Source: Candidatus Foliamicus sp.
GTDB lineage: Bacteria; Pseudomonadota; Gammaproteobacteria; Steroidobacterales; Foliamicaceae
NCBI GenBank assembly: GCA_965238055.1
Contig: OZ250178.1
Span: 2,009,184 to 2,073,183 of the forward strand
Length of the DNA: 64,000 bases
Reading direction: 5' to 3'
Every line of letters begins with the position of its first letter. Position 1 is the first letter of the stretch. The translations under genes were made by a program, and so were the position numbers. Positions 16,406 through 24,476 of the stretch are shown here, one piece after another. The notes below the pieces were generated by a model, which did not search any database, was not told the origin of the DNA, and worked only from the letters and a program-made list of their open reading frames with translations.

Positions 16406-17551
16406 TCAGGCAGCCTGGTCGGCCTCCACCGCTCGCGCCGGGGTAGCCGGCAGCAGCGGGATCGGGTCGATCACCCAGCCTTTTCTCTTGCGCCGTGCCG
16501 GACTGGGTATGGCGAATGCGGTATGCGCGCCGACCTTGTTGAGTTTGTCCATGTCGATGCGCCAGCCGCGCGCCTGCCATTCCTTCAGCCATTCGCGGTA
16601 GCGGCCCACGGCGTAGTCCGACGGGGTAAACAGTTCCTTGGTGTTGACCCGCGGAGTAACCTTCGGGTGCAGCGTCATCAGTACGTCCCGATCCTGGAAC
16701 GCTACGTACTGATTCCGCTCCATCATGGTCTCGTCATAGATATCATCCAGCATGAAGTTGCGCATGTTGATCAGGTACAGGCGCGTATTTTCCTCGTCGA
16801 TCGGTGTTTCGTAGAGGTATTGGAAGATGTGCATCACCGGCGTGGGATTGATAAAGGTCCATACGGACGAGGGCCCGTGATGGCCGGTGCCTACCTCAAT
16901 GGTACGGTTCCTGGTCTCTCCGGAAGCCTCACGCATTTTCTTTTCCGCGAGAGGCGGCGCATAAGACTTCTTGAAGAATCCCGTGCCCCAGTCGGTCTCG
17001 CGAACATCCAGTGCGCCGACCCTGTAGTTCTCGTCCTCGCCTTTCATGCCGTGCGTGTCGTGCACGAACTCGTTGTGCGCCGGGTCGATACCGTTCTCTA
17101 TTGAACGCTTGTAGTCGAGGTTCCAGACGAATTCCTGGCAAGTGGACGACCAACCTTCCTGTTCCCACTCGGGAATCTCGAGGATCGGCGGGCGTTCGGA
17201 CTCATCCAGATCGCCCAGAAAGCAGAACACCAGGCCGTAACGTTCCGTAACCGGATACGAATCGACCCGCGCCCTACCCGGCGGTTTGGCGTTCATTCCG
17301 ATGGAGGGCACGCGCACGCAGTTACCGTCACCATTAAAACGCCAGCCGTGATAAGGGCATTGCACGCAGCCGGCAGCCACCAGGCCCTCGCCCAGGGATC
17401 CTCCCCGGTGACAACAGGTATTGCTGAGGCAGTGGGCCTGGCCTTCCTCGTCGCGCCACAACACGAAGTCCTGGCCCAGCATGCGTCGCTTCAGCGGTTT
17501 GTCTTCGAGATCTTTCGACTCAACCGCGGGATACCAGAAGTTGATGAACAT
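16406..17551 (-). CDS. Rieske [2Fe-2S] non-haem iron oxygenase alpha-subunit-like protein (intact paralog)
   Basis: 381 aa with the same Rieske and Fe(II) motifs as 15267-16283. Confidence 0.88.
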   Translation of the reverse strand: MFINFWYPAVESKDLEDKPLKRRMLGQDFVLWRDEEGQAHCLSNTCCHRGGSLGEGLVAAGCVQCPYHGWRFNGDGNCVRVPSIGMNAKPPGRARVDSYPVTERYGLVFCFLGDLDESERPPILEIPEWEQEGWSSTCQEFVWNLDYKRSIENGIDPAHNEFVHDTHGMKGEDENYRVGALDVRETDWGTGFFKKSYAPPLAEKKMREASGETRNRTIEVGTGHHGPSSVWTFINPTPVMHIFQYLYETPIDEENTRLYLINMRNFMLDDIYDETMMERNQYVAFQDRDVLMTLHPKVTPRVNTKELFTPSDYAVGRYREWLKEWQARGWRIDMDKLNKVGAHTAFAIPSPARRKRKGWVIDPIPLLPATPARAVEADQAA

Positions 17552-17582
17552 GGTTGTGCTCCTGGATTACAGGCCAAATAGT

Positions 17583-18752
17583 TTATACCGGAACCGACCA
17601 GGCGTCGTAATGGAACAATCCAAGCGATTCTTCATTCGTGTTATTGCCCTCGGCGAAACGATCCGTGTCGGGGGCGAAAAACCGGTGAATAATTTCCGCC
17701 GAGTTCAGCATTACGAGCGTCGTGCGCTCCACCCGGGCACTTTCGTATCGCTGAAGCGCTTCGGTTACGTTCCCGGCCTCGGCCAGACAGCGCGCCAGCA
17801 CGACGCCGTCTTCAATCGCCATGACGGCGCCCTGGCCCATGAAAGGCAGGGTGGGGTGCGCGGCATCGCCCAGCAGCGAGACCCGGCCGATGCTCCAGGA
17901 TTCCAATGGCCGGCGGGAAAACAGCCCCCACTTGTAGCAAAGCTCCGGTGGGGTTGACGAGATGATGGATTGGACGAGTTCGTGGAAGCCTGCGAATTCG
18001 TCAAGCACCTCTGACACCTCGGAGTGTTGGGACCAGCTCTCGGTCTGCCAGTCTTCACGTTCGACAAAGGCCACGTAATTGACGGTTTCGCGGTCCCGAA
18101 TCAGGTAGCGCACGAACAAGTGTCCGGGGCCGATATAGATTCCCGAGGGCGGGTCCACGGCTTCGGCCGGTACGCTTGCAGCTGGCGCCAGTCCACGCCA
18201 GGCGACATAGCCGGTGAATGTGGGCGACTCGCTCACATGCAACTGTGTGCGGACCGGTGACTTTACGCCGTCGCAACCAACCAGCAGACGGCCGGCCGCG
18301 CTTTTTCCGTTGCGGAAATATGCGCGTGCTTCGGTCTCGCCTTGCGTAAAGCGCACGAACTCGTGATCCAGGTGAATACACTCCGGATCGTTGGCGCGCA
18401 CGGCCTGGGCCAGCATTTCGTGCAAGTCGGCCCGATGGATTTGGTAATACGGTGCGCCGTACTGCTGACGCGGCAGGTCGCCTCGCTCTATTCGAACCAG
18501 TACGCGGCCTGTCTGGTAGTGATGCACCGCCTGGTAACTGGGCGTGTCAGCGGCGGCGGCCAACTCTCGCTCCAGTCCCAGGCCCATGATTCCCATGGCG
18601 CCATTGGGACTGAGCGTAAGCCCGGCGCCTACTTCACCCAATTGCGGCGCCTGTTCGTAAACGCGCACCGAAATACCCAAACGCTGCAGGGCCAGCGCGC
18701 AGGTCAAACCGCCGATGCCGGCGCCGATCAACATGACTGGACGATTACTCAT
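17583..18752 (-). CDS. FAD-dependent aromatic monooxygenase (salicylate/3-hydroxybenzoate hydroxylase-like)
   Basis: Motifs VMLIGAGIGGLTCALAL, GCDGVKSPVR and GDAAHPTLPFMGQGAVMAIEDG. Confidence 0.85.
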   Translation of the reverse strand: MSNRPVMLIGAGIGGLTCALALQRLGISVRVYEQAPQLGEVGAGLTLSPNGAMGIMGLGLERELAAAADTPSYQAVHHYQTGRVLVRIERGDLPRQQYGAPYYQIHRADLHEMLAQAVRANDPECIHLDHEFVRFTQGETEARAYFRNGKSAAGRLLVGCDGVKSPVRTQLHVSESPTFTGYVAWRGLAPAASVPAEAVDPPSGIYIGPGHLFVRYLIRDRETVNYVAFVEREDWQTESWSQHSEVSEVLDEFAGFHELVQSIISSTPPELCYKWGLFSRRPLESWSIGRVSLLGDAAHPTLPFMGQGAVMAIEDGVVLARCLAEAGNVTEALQRYESARVERTTLVMLNSAEIIHRFFAPDTDRFAEGNNTNEESLGLFHYDAWSVPV

Positions 18753-18892
18753 CTACTCTCAAAGGCTGGCCTCCCGCGCCAAAGGCAGTTTTGTTAGCTT
18801 GAATTGTATGCCTGCAGCCATGAGTGTCGATGCTGTGATACCAGCGTCTCGGCGGATACAATGCGTGCGCTTATGTTCTGCGGGACTTACTC

Positions 18893-19687
18893 ATGCGCAA
18901 CGCCACAATCGCAGCCGGCTTGCTGGCCTGCCTCGTACTGATGTCCGCCGCCCAGGCGCAAACTGTGCTGATTACCGGCTCGAACCGGGGAATCGGCCTG
19001 GAATTCGCCAAGCAATACGCCGACAAGGACTGGACGGTCATCGCCACCCATCGGCGCGACACCACGCCGGATACATTGGCGGCCCTGGAATCGCAGTACC
19101 CGGATGTTCGGGCGGAAAAGCTGGACGTAACGGACCATGCCAGCATCGACGCGCTGGCTGAAAAGCTCGCCGGCATGCCGATTGACGTGCTGATCAACAA
19201 TGCCGGCATCACCGGCGACTTCACCAAGCCCAAACCGCAGTCCCTGGGTACGCTCGACTATGACATGGCGGTTCATTTCTTCCGCACCAACGCGCTGGGC
19301 GCCCTCAAGGTCAGCGAGGCCTTCATGGACAACGTCGTGGCCAGCGATCAGAAGAAGATCGTTGCAATCAGTTCGCTTGCCGGCTCCTTTGGCGGCGAAT
19401 CCGGCGGAAAGGGAGGAATCTACTGGTACCGTTCCAGCAAGGCCGCGCTGAACATGATGATGGTGGGAGTAGCAGCTGATTCCAGGCGCAAGGGCGTCAC
19501 GGTGGCCGTGCTTTCACCTGGAACGGTAAAGGTCGAGAAGGTGGCCGAGATGGTTGAAAGGATGGGGCTGAAGGGCTTTATCGAAACGGCCGAGAGCATT
19601 TCCGGTCTGATTACCGTTATCGAGAACCTTACGCGGGAAGATTCCGGCACTTTCATTCGCTACAACGGTGAGCCACAGCCCTTCTAG
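18893..19687 (+). CDS. SDR-family oxidoreductase with N-terminal signal/anchor sequence
   Basis: AAGLLACLVLMSAAQAQ is followed immediately by TVLITGSNRGIGLEFA (Rossmann motif). Active site YxxxK (YRSSK). Confidence 0.8.
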   Translation: MRNATIAAGLLACLVLMSAAQAQTVLITGSNRGIGLEFAKQYADKDWTVIATHRRDTTPDTLAALESQYPDVRAEKLDVTDHASIDALAEKLAGMPIDVLINNAGITGDFTKPKPQSLGTLDYDMAVHFFRTNALGALKVSEAFMDNVVASDQKKIVAISSLAGSFGGESGGKGGIYWYRSSKAALNMMMVGVAADSRRKGVTVAVLSPGTVKVEKVAEMVERMGLKGFIETAESISGLITVIENLTREDSGTFIRYNGEPQPF

Positions 19688-19711
19688 ATTGCAAACCTGC
19701 GGATCAAGAGG

Positions 19712-20157
19712 GCTAGTGTGCTGTCCCGCAAAGCACTTTCTTTGCTTAATCGTTTCGCTTTGGCGAGTTTGGAATCGGTGGTGTCGATCCAGGGGAAGAA
19801 AGTGACTGGCCTCGCCAGCACGAACGGCTGGCGAGGAAGCCAAACGATAGGCGCCGCGGCTTTGCGCAGCGCATTTGCCCGCTGGATGCCGATCAGTCAA
19901 CAAAGTCCTATTCGGCTCACAAATAGTGTTGTTCTAGCCTGATAATGAGCCGAATAGACCTACGCTCGTTACTGCACGGCGAAAACTTGTGCCAAGTCGT
20001 GTCCCGCAAATACCTTAACTTGTCTGCGGTCCTTTTTCGTCTCCGGCGGCGTTGCTCCTCCTTACCTGGAGCCTGCCACACTGCGTCGCCGCACCTTGCC
20101 GGGAAGGAAAAACGCCTCGCAGTTCAATCAAAGTTAATTGCGGGACATCACACTAGC
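19712..20157. repeat. 446-bp non-coding element bounded by 20-bp imperfect inverted repeats (MITE-like or structured RNA)
   Basis: GCTAGTGTGCTGTCCCGCAA (19712-19731) matches the reverse complement of TTGCGGGACATCACACTAGC (20138-20157) at 19/20 positions. Internal hairpins: CCTCGCCAGC-N7-GCTGGCGAGG (19810-19836) and CTATTCGGCTCA...TGAGCCGAATAG (about 19908-19957). A third TGTCCCGCAAA lies at about 20000. Confidence 0.55.
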
Positions 20158-20334
20158 TGGCGGCGTGTAGCATTAGCAGGGGACATGCAGTCACCGATTC
20201 CCGATTACCCCTGGAATTTCCCAAGCGTCCTTCCCCGACGCAATCAAGTCTCGTCGGATTACAGAGTGTGCTGAGTCTTGAGTCCCGAAGCGATTTGCTT
20301 GTCAACGCTATCCTCCGTTTAGAAGCTGGCCGAA

Positions 20335-20406
20335 TCGAGGCTCAAGTGAGCCATGTCGAGGCTCAAGTGAGTCATATCGAGACCTGTGTGGGTCATATCG
20401 AGGGTC
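20335..20406. repeat. 21-bp tandem repeat, 3.4 copies
   Basis: tcgaggctcaagtgagccatg / tcgaggctcaagtgagtcata / tcgagacctgtgtgggtcata / tcgagggtc. Confidence 0.8.
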
Positions 20407-20466
20407 TTCTTTCGCCCATGCCCGCCAACTTGCCATCCGCGGAGGCGCCCTGAAGATTGTGACGGA

Positions 20467-21225
20467 CTAAAGAAAGGTTACTCCGCCGTCCACCATCAGC
20501 GTCTGGCCGGTAGTCATCCGGCTTAAGTCGCTGGCCAGCCACAGCACGGCGCCTACTACGTCCGAAGTGTCCAGCGGCTGGCGTATGGCCTGCTGCGAGG
20601 TTGTTGCGCCGATCGCTTTCTCGTACTTGTCGCCGAAGAAATCGGACGAAGCCTGCGTGGAAACGATATTGGGAGCAACGGCGTTCACGCGCACCTTGTA
20701 GCGTCCCATTTCCCTGGCCAGGCCCCTCGTAAGTCCGATGACCGCGGCCTTGGAGGTGGTGTAGTGAATGACATTCGCCATTCCATAGGTCGCGGCCAGC
20801 GAGGAGATGTTGATGATGGAACCCCCTTCGCCTGACCGCATGTGCCGTGCTGCGGCGCGGCTGGCCAGCCATACGCCTTTTACGTTGACGGCCATCGTGG
20901 CGTCCCACAGTTGCTCGTCAACCTCGTCGAACCGCTGCAGCTTCAGGTTGCCCCACAAGGCGGCGTTGTTCACCAGCACGTCGATTCGGCCGTAGGCCTC
21001 GGCCGTTTCCGAGGCCATTGCCTCGAGATCGGCCAGCGAGGTCACGTCGACTCTCGCGGTGAGGGTTTGTGCCCCAGCCTCCTCCACCAGTGTCCTGGTT
21101 TCGCCGCAATCCTTCAGGTCACACAACATCAGGCGGGCGCCGCGCCGCGCAAACTCCACGGCGTAGGCCTGTCCCAACCCACCGGCTGCTCCTGTAATCA
21201 CCACGGATCGCTGATCAAATCGCAT
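20467..21225 (-). CDS. SDR-family oxidoreductase
   Basis: I place the start at MRFDQRSVVITGAAGGLGQAY (ATG 21223-21225, SD AGGAAAC upstream). Motifs NNAA and YTTSKAAV are present. The longer ORF-track N-terminus has no SDR-like sequence. Confidence 0.85.
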   Translation of the reverse strand: MRFDQRSVVITGAAGGLGQAYAVEFARRGARLMLCDLKDCGETRTLVEEAGAQTLTARVDVTSLADLEAMASETAEAYGRIDVLVNNAALWGNLKLQRFDEVDEQLWDATMAVNVKGVWLASRAAARHMRSGEGGSIINISSLAATYGMANVIHYTTSKAAVIGLTRGLAREMGRYKVRVNAVAPNIVSTQASSDFFGDKYEKAIGATTSQQAIRQPLDTSDVVGAVLWLASDLSRMTTGQTLMVDGGVTFL

Positions 21226-21498
21226 AATCTGGTTTCCTGATTCGCCCGGCCCAACCCACCGCGGCTTGCGGTGCAAGCGCCAGTATATTGGCATCAACCA
21301 AGGATTGCACTCGACGGGGTTGCGACGTCCCGGGTGCTCATCCGGGTCGCCAAATCTTTTGCATTCTTGCCTTCCAGTCGTGCAGGCCACTGCGACTTCA
21401 TTGCCGTTCAAGAACGACAGTTTCGATGCGGGCCTTGCGATCCTGACCGTGCACCACTGGCCTGACAAGGCGCTCGATGATGCTAGCATCTTGCGGCG

Positions 21499-22401
21499 AT
21501 GTCCGGCCCGATTGTCCGCAAGCGCCAGAGCGCTCCGCTTCCTTCAACCACAGTAATCCTGCTTCGCCATGGCGGCGGTTCCATGCAGGTCCTGATGTTG
21601 AAGCGGGCGGCGCGCGCTGCATTCGGCGGAGCGTGGGTATTTCCGGGTGGTGTGCTGGATGATCACGACCGCGACGCGCGCTTGTACGGCCGATGCCTGG
21701 GAATCGACGACGCCAGCGCCAGTCGGGCGCTCTCGGTGCCGCGCAACGGCCTGGCCTACTGGGTGGCGGGGATTCGCGAAACCTTCGAGGAGTCCGGCTT
21801 GCTGATGGCCGTCAATGGCAGTGGACAGGCAGTGCATGCTGGTTTTGCCACGCGCCAGGCGCTGCATGCGGGCAGGATCCGTTTCGAGGACCTTTGCCGG
21901 CGCGGAGGCTGGCGTTTGCCGGCGCATCGGCTTCATTACGTCGCGCATTGGATTACGCCCAGCCAGGCGCCTCGCCGATTCTCCACGCGTTTTTTTCTGG
22001 CAGCCGCTGCGCCCGCCGCAAGGATTCGGGCTGACGGCAGGGAAGTGTTGCGCGCGCATTGGTACGAACCCCGGGAAGCCCTGCGGCAGGAGATTCCCCT
22101 GGCTCATCCGACCCGGCATTTTCTGCGAATTCTTGCAGGACTGGGCAGTGTGGAAAAAGCCCTCGACTGGGCGGGCGGCCTGGATCGCCGTTCCATACCC
22201 ATAGTTCGACCCGAGGTACAGCTTATTGGAGGGAAACTGATGTCCTGCCTGCCGACCGGCGAGGTGCTGGGGCCGTTCAGCAAGGCCAGCTATCCGGGTG
22301 CGGCCCATTCCCGGCCCGCCGGCACTTCGGAAGATGCTGGTTCCGCCGGCTTGCACCCCATGCAGGCCGGTGGTGTCCATTCCTCTGCCAAGGCCGGATA
22401 G
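21499..22401 (+). CDS. NUDIX hydrolase family protein
   Basis: Nudix-box-like stretch WVFPGG...AGIRETFEESGLL. Confidence 0.7.
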   Translation: MSGPIVRKRQSAPLPSTTVILLRHGGGSMQVLMLKRAARAAFGGAWVFPGGVLDDHDRDARLYGRCLGIDDASASRALSVPRNGLAYWVAGIRETFEESGLLMAVNGSGQAVHAGFATRQALHAGRIRFEDLCRRGGWRLPAHRLHYVAHWITPSQAPRRFSTRFFLAAAAPAARIRADGREVLRAHWYEPREALRQEIPLAHPTRHFLRILAGLGSVEKALDWAGGLDRRSIPIVRPEVQLIGGKLMSCLPTGEVLGPFSKASYPGAAHSRPAGTSEDAGSAGLHPMQAGGVHSSAKAG

Positions 22402-22411
22402 AGTCGAACGA

Positions 22412-23259
22412 ATGCCGCCGCCAGCCGACCCTATTCGCGCCGGAGAGCTGGTGAGCCTGGCGCCATCAATCCACAGGATTACGGCGTTCAATGCGGGGAT
22501 GATGACCGGCCCTGGCACCAACACCTGGATTCTGGGTGAAGGTGAACTGGCTGTTCTGGATCCCGGACCAGCTTCGGCCGAGCATATCGAGAATGTGCTG
22601 TCCAAGGCGCCTGGAAGAGTGCGCTGGGTGCTGGCCACGCATACTCATCCCGACCATTCGCCGGCGCGGTGCTATTGGCGGGAAAGGCGAATGCTTCGGT
22701 GATCGGCCCGGCGCCGCCATCCGGTTCCCGGCAGGACCAGACCTTCAGTCCCGGCATTGAACCGCAGGACGGACAGCAATTCGACCTTGGTGGATTTGTG
22801 CTGGAGGCCCTCCATACTCCAGGGCATGCCTCCAATCATTTCTGCTGGTGGCATGCCGCAAGCGGTGTGCTGTTTACCGGCGATCACATCATGCAGGGTT
22901 CGACGGTCGTGATTGCGCCTCCGGATGGAGACATGAGTGCCTATATGGCCTCCTTGCGGCGGCTGCTTGAGCTCCCCCTGCGCGCAATGGCGCCGGGTCA
23001 TGGGCACTGGATCAAGCATCCGAAGCGGGAGATCAAGGCCTTGATCGCCCATCGCCTGGGCCGGGAGCAGAAGGTCATGAGGGTCTTGACGATGCTTGGT
23101 AACGCGAGGATCGGCGATATGCTCCCGCGGGTGTACGACGACGTTCCCGAGTACTTGCATCCTGTAGCTGCGCAATCGTTGGAGGCGCACCTTCTGAAGC
23201 TCGAAAAGGACCGGCAAGCGATCCGGGATGCGAGCCACTGGAGACCCGCCCCGGCATGA
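22412..23259 (+). pseudogene. MBL-fold metallo-hydrolase, apparent 1-nt frameshift near 22655-22672
   Basis: The N-terminal part (frame 2) ends ...WVLATHTHPDHSP. The continuation (frame 1) is ...LLAGKANASVIG...LHTPGHASNH...FTGDH...APGHG. Together these give a complete beta-lactamase-fold motif set. Confidence 0.75.
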
Positions 23260-23723
23260 ACGGCATAACCGACTTGACCATTCGTCGGGCTCGTCGGGGA
23301 GATACGCCCACTATCGTGCGCTTCAACGTGGCGCTCGCGGAGGAATCCGAGGGCCTCGAGCTGGATCCTCTGACGGTTGAGGCAGGAGTGACAAGGATGT
23401 TCGCCGATCCGGCCCTGGGCCGTTACTTTCTCGCTGTTTCAAACCAGGGAGAGCCATTGGGCCAGTTGATGATCACGACCGAATGGAGCGACTGGAGGAA
23501 CTGCATGATCTGGTGGCTGCAAAGCGTGTACACGGCTTCGGAGCACCGCGGCCGCGGCGTTTTCAGGTCACTTTGCGAGTTTGTCCTCGGCGAGGCGCGT
23601 GCGGCGGACTGCCGGTTGCGGCTCTACGTGGAGCGCGACAATGCGCAAGCGATTTCGGCCTACCGTGCGCTGGGTTTCTTGCGTTGCGGTTATGACGTGA
23701 TGGAGTACGAGCCCCCGGCGTGA
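23256..23723 (+). CDS. GNAT-family N-acetyltransferase
   Basis: 155 aa. QSVYTASEHRGRGVFRSL is the acetyl-CoA binding loop (R/Q-x-x-G-x-G/A). ATGA overlap with the upstream gene. Confidence 0.8.
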   Translation: MNGITDLTIRRARRGDTPTIVRFNVALAEESEGLELDPLTVEAGVTRMFADPALGRYFLAVSNQGEPLGQLMITTEWSDWRNCMIWWLQSVYTASEHRGRGVFRSLCEFVLGEARAADCRLRLYVERDNAQAISAYRALGFLRCGYDVMEYEPPA

Positions 23724-24050
23724 AGATTCCCGCCTGGGAGCGTATCGCCACCATTCTCCGAGGCGTCATTGGCTTCAAGGCCGTGTGGCTTTGCGCTGGG
23801 GTCCGTTCGCTGCGCCTGCATGGATTGTCGCCTTGTGGGGCGCCTTCTCCCTGATGAGTATCGATGGCCTGGCCTTGCTGCGTGGAAAAAGTGGCTGGCC
23901 GCCTTGCTGGGGGCGGCTGGGGCGCCGATTGCCTATTATTCGGGGATCGCGCTGGGGGCAGGCGAGGGCGCGGAAATCGGGTTTTACGTTCTGGTGGGTT
24001 TGTTCTACGCCGCAGCTACACCGCTGCTGGTGGAAATGGGAGGTTTTCTA
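23720..24050 (+). pseudogene. Decayed DUF2878-like small membrane protein gene (needs at least two frame changes)
   Basis: GTG 23720 overlaps the GNAT stop. Three frames in turn give MKIPAWERIATILRGVIGFKAVWLCAG, WGPFAAPAWIVALWGAFSLM and GAPIAYYSGIALGAGE...FYVLVGLFYAAATPLLVE. The family assignment is from memory of the GP(L/I)xYxxGxxLGA pattern. Confidence 0.3.
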
Positions 24051-24125
24051 GAAAGCGGCGCGGCCGCCCCCGGGGAGAAAGCGGCGCGGTCGCCCCCGGG
24101 GGGAGGAAAGAGTCGGGGGCGACCT

Positions 24126-24184
24126 GATCTTGATCCCGGGTTAGGGGGGAGGTCTCTTGGGAGGGGAGAACCGGGATCAAGATC
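24126..24184. repeat. 14-bp perfect inverted repeat GATCTTGATCCCGG ... CCGGGATCAAGATC
   Basis: Read directly at 24126-24139 and 24171-24184. Preceded by a 26-bp direct repeat (gaaagcggcgcgg[c/t]cgcccccgggg x2, about 24050-24104). Followed by the hairpin GGCCGGC-cta-GCCGGCC (about 24196-24212). Confidence 0.7.
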
Positions 24185-24205
24185 GCCGCTGGTTGTGGGG
24201 CCGGC

Positions 24206-24322
24206 CTAGCCGGCCATCATTGACCAGAAAGCTGCGAACGGGCTGATAAAGGCCACCGCAAACAATACGGCCTCACCGATGACGCCCAGGTTTCCGGCGC
24301 CAGTTCTTGAAATCAGTGTCAT
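24206..24322 (-). CDS. 38-aa hydrophobic micro-protein
   Basis: ATG 24320-24322 has SD AAGGAG 8 nt upstream. Sequence MTLISRTGAGNLGVIGEAVLFAVAFISPFAAFWSMMAG contains one TM-like segment. Confidence 0.45.
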   Translation of the reverse strand: MTLISRTGAGNLGVIGEAVLFAVAFISPFAAFWSMMAG

Positions 24323-24476
24323 TTCTCTTACTCCTTTGCATCTCTTCTTGATGCACTGCACAAGATACGGCCGAGGAGTTTTTTTTCTTCTCACTGCGGT
24401 AACGTTTCGTAACATTTTGTAACGCAGGGCGTTTTTGCCCCCAAATCACCCGATCCACCCATAAAATCGCCAAGGC

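Noticed and set aside
21226-21489. 88-codon N-terminal extension of the SDR ORF 20467-21489.
   Set aside because: The SDR Rossmann motif begins 8 residues after Met-89, which has its own SD. The extension has no SDR-like sequence.
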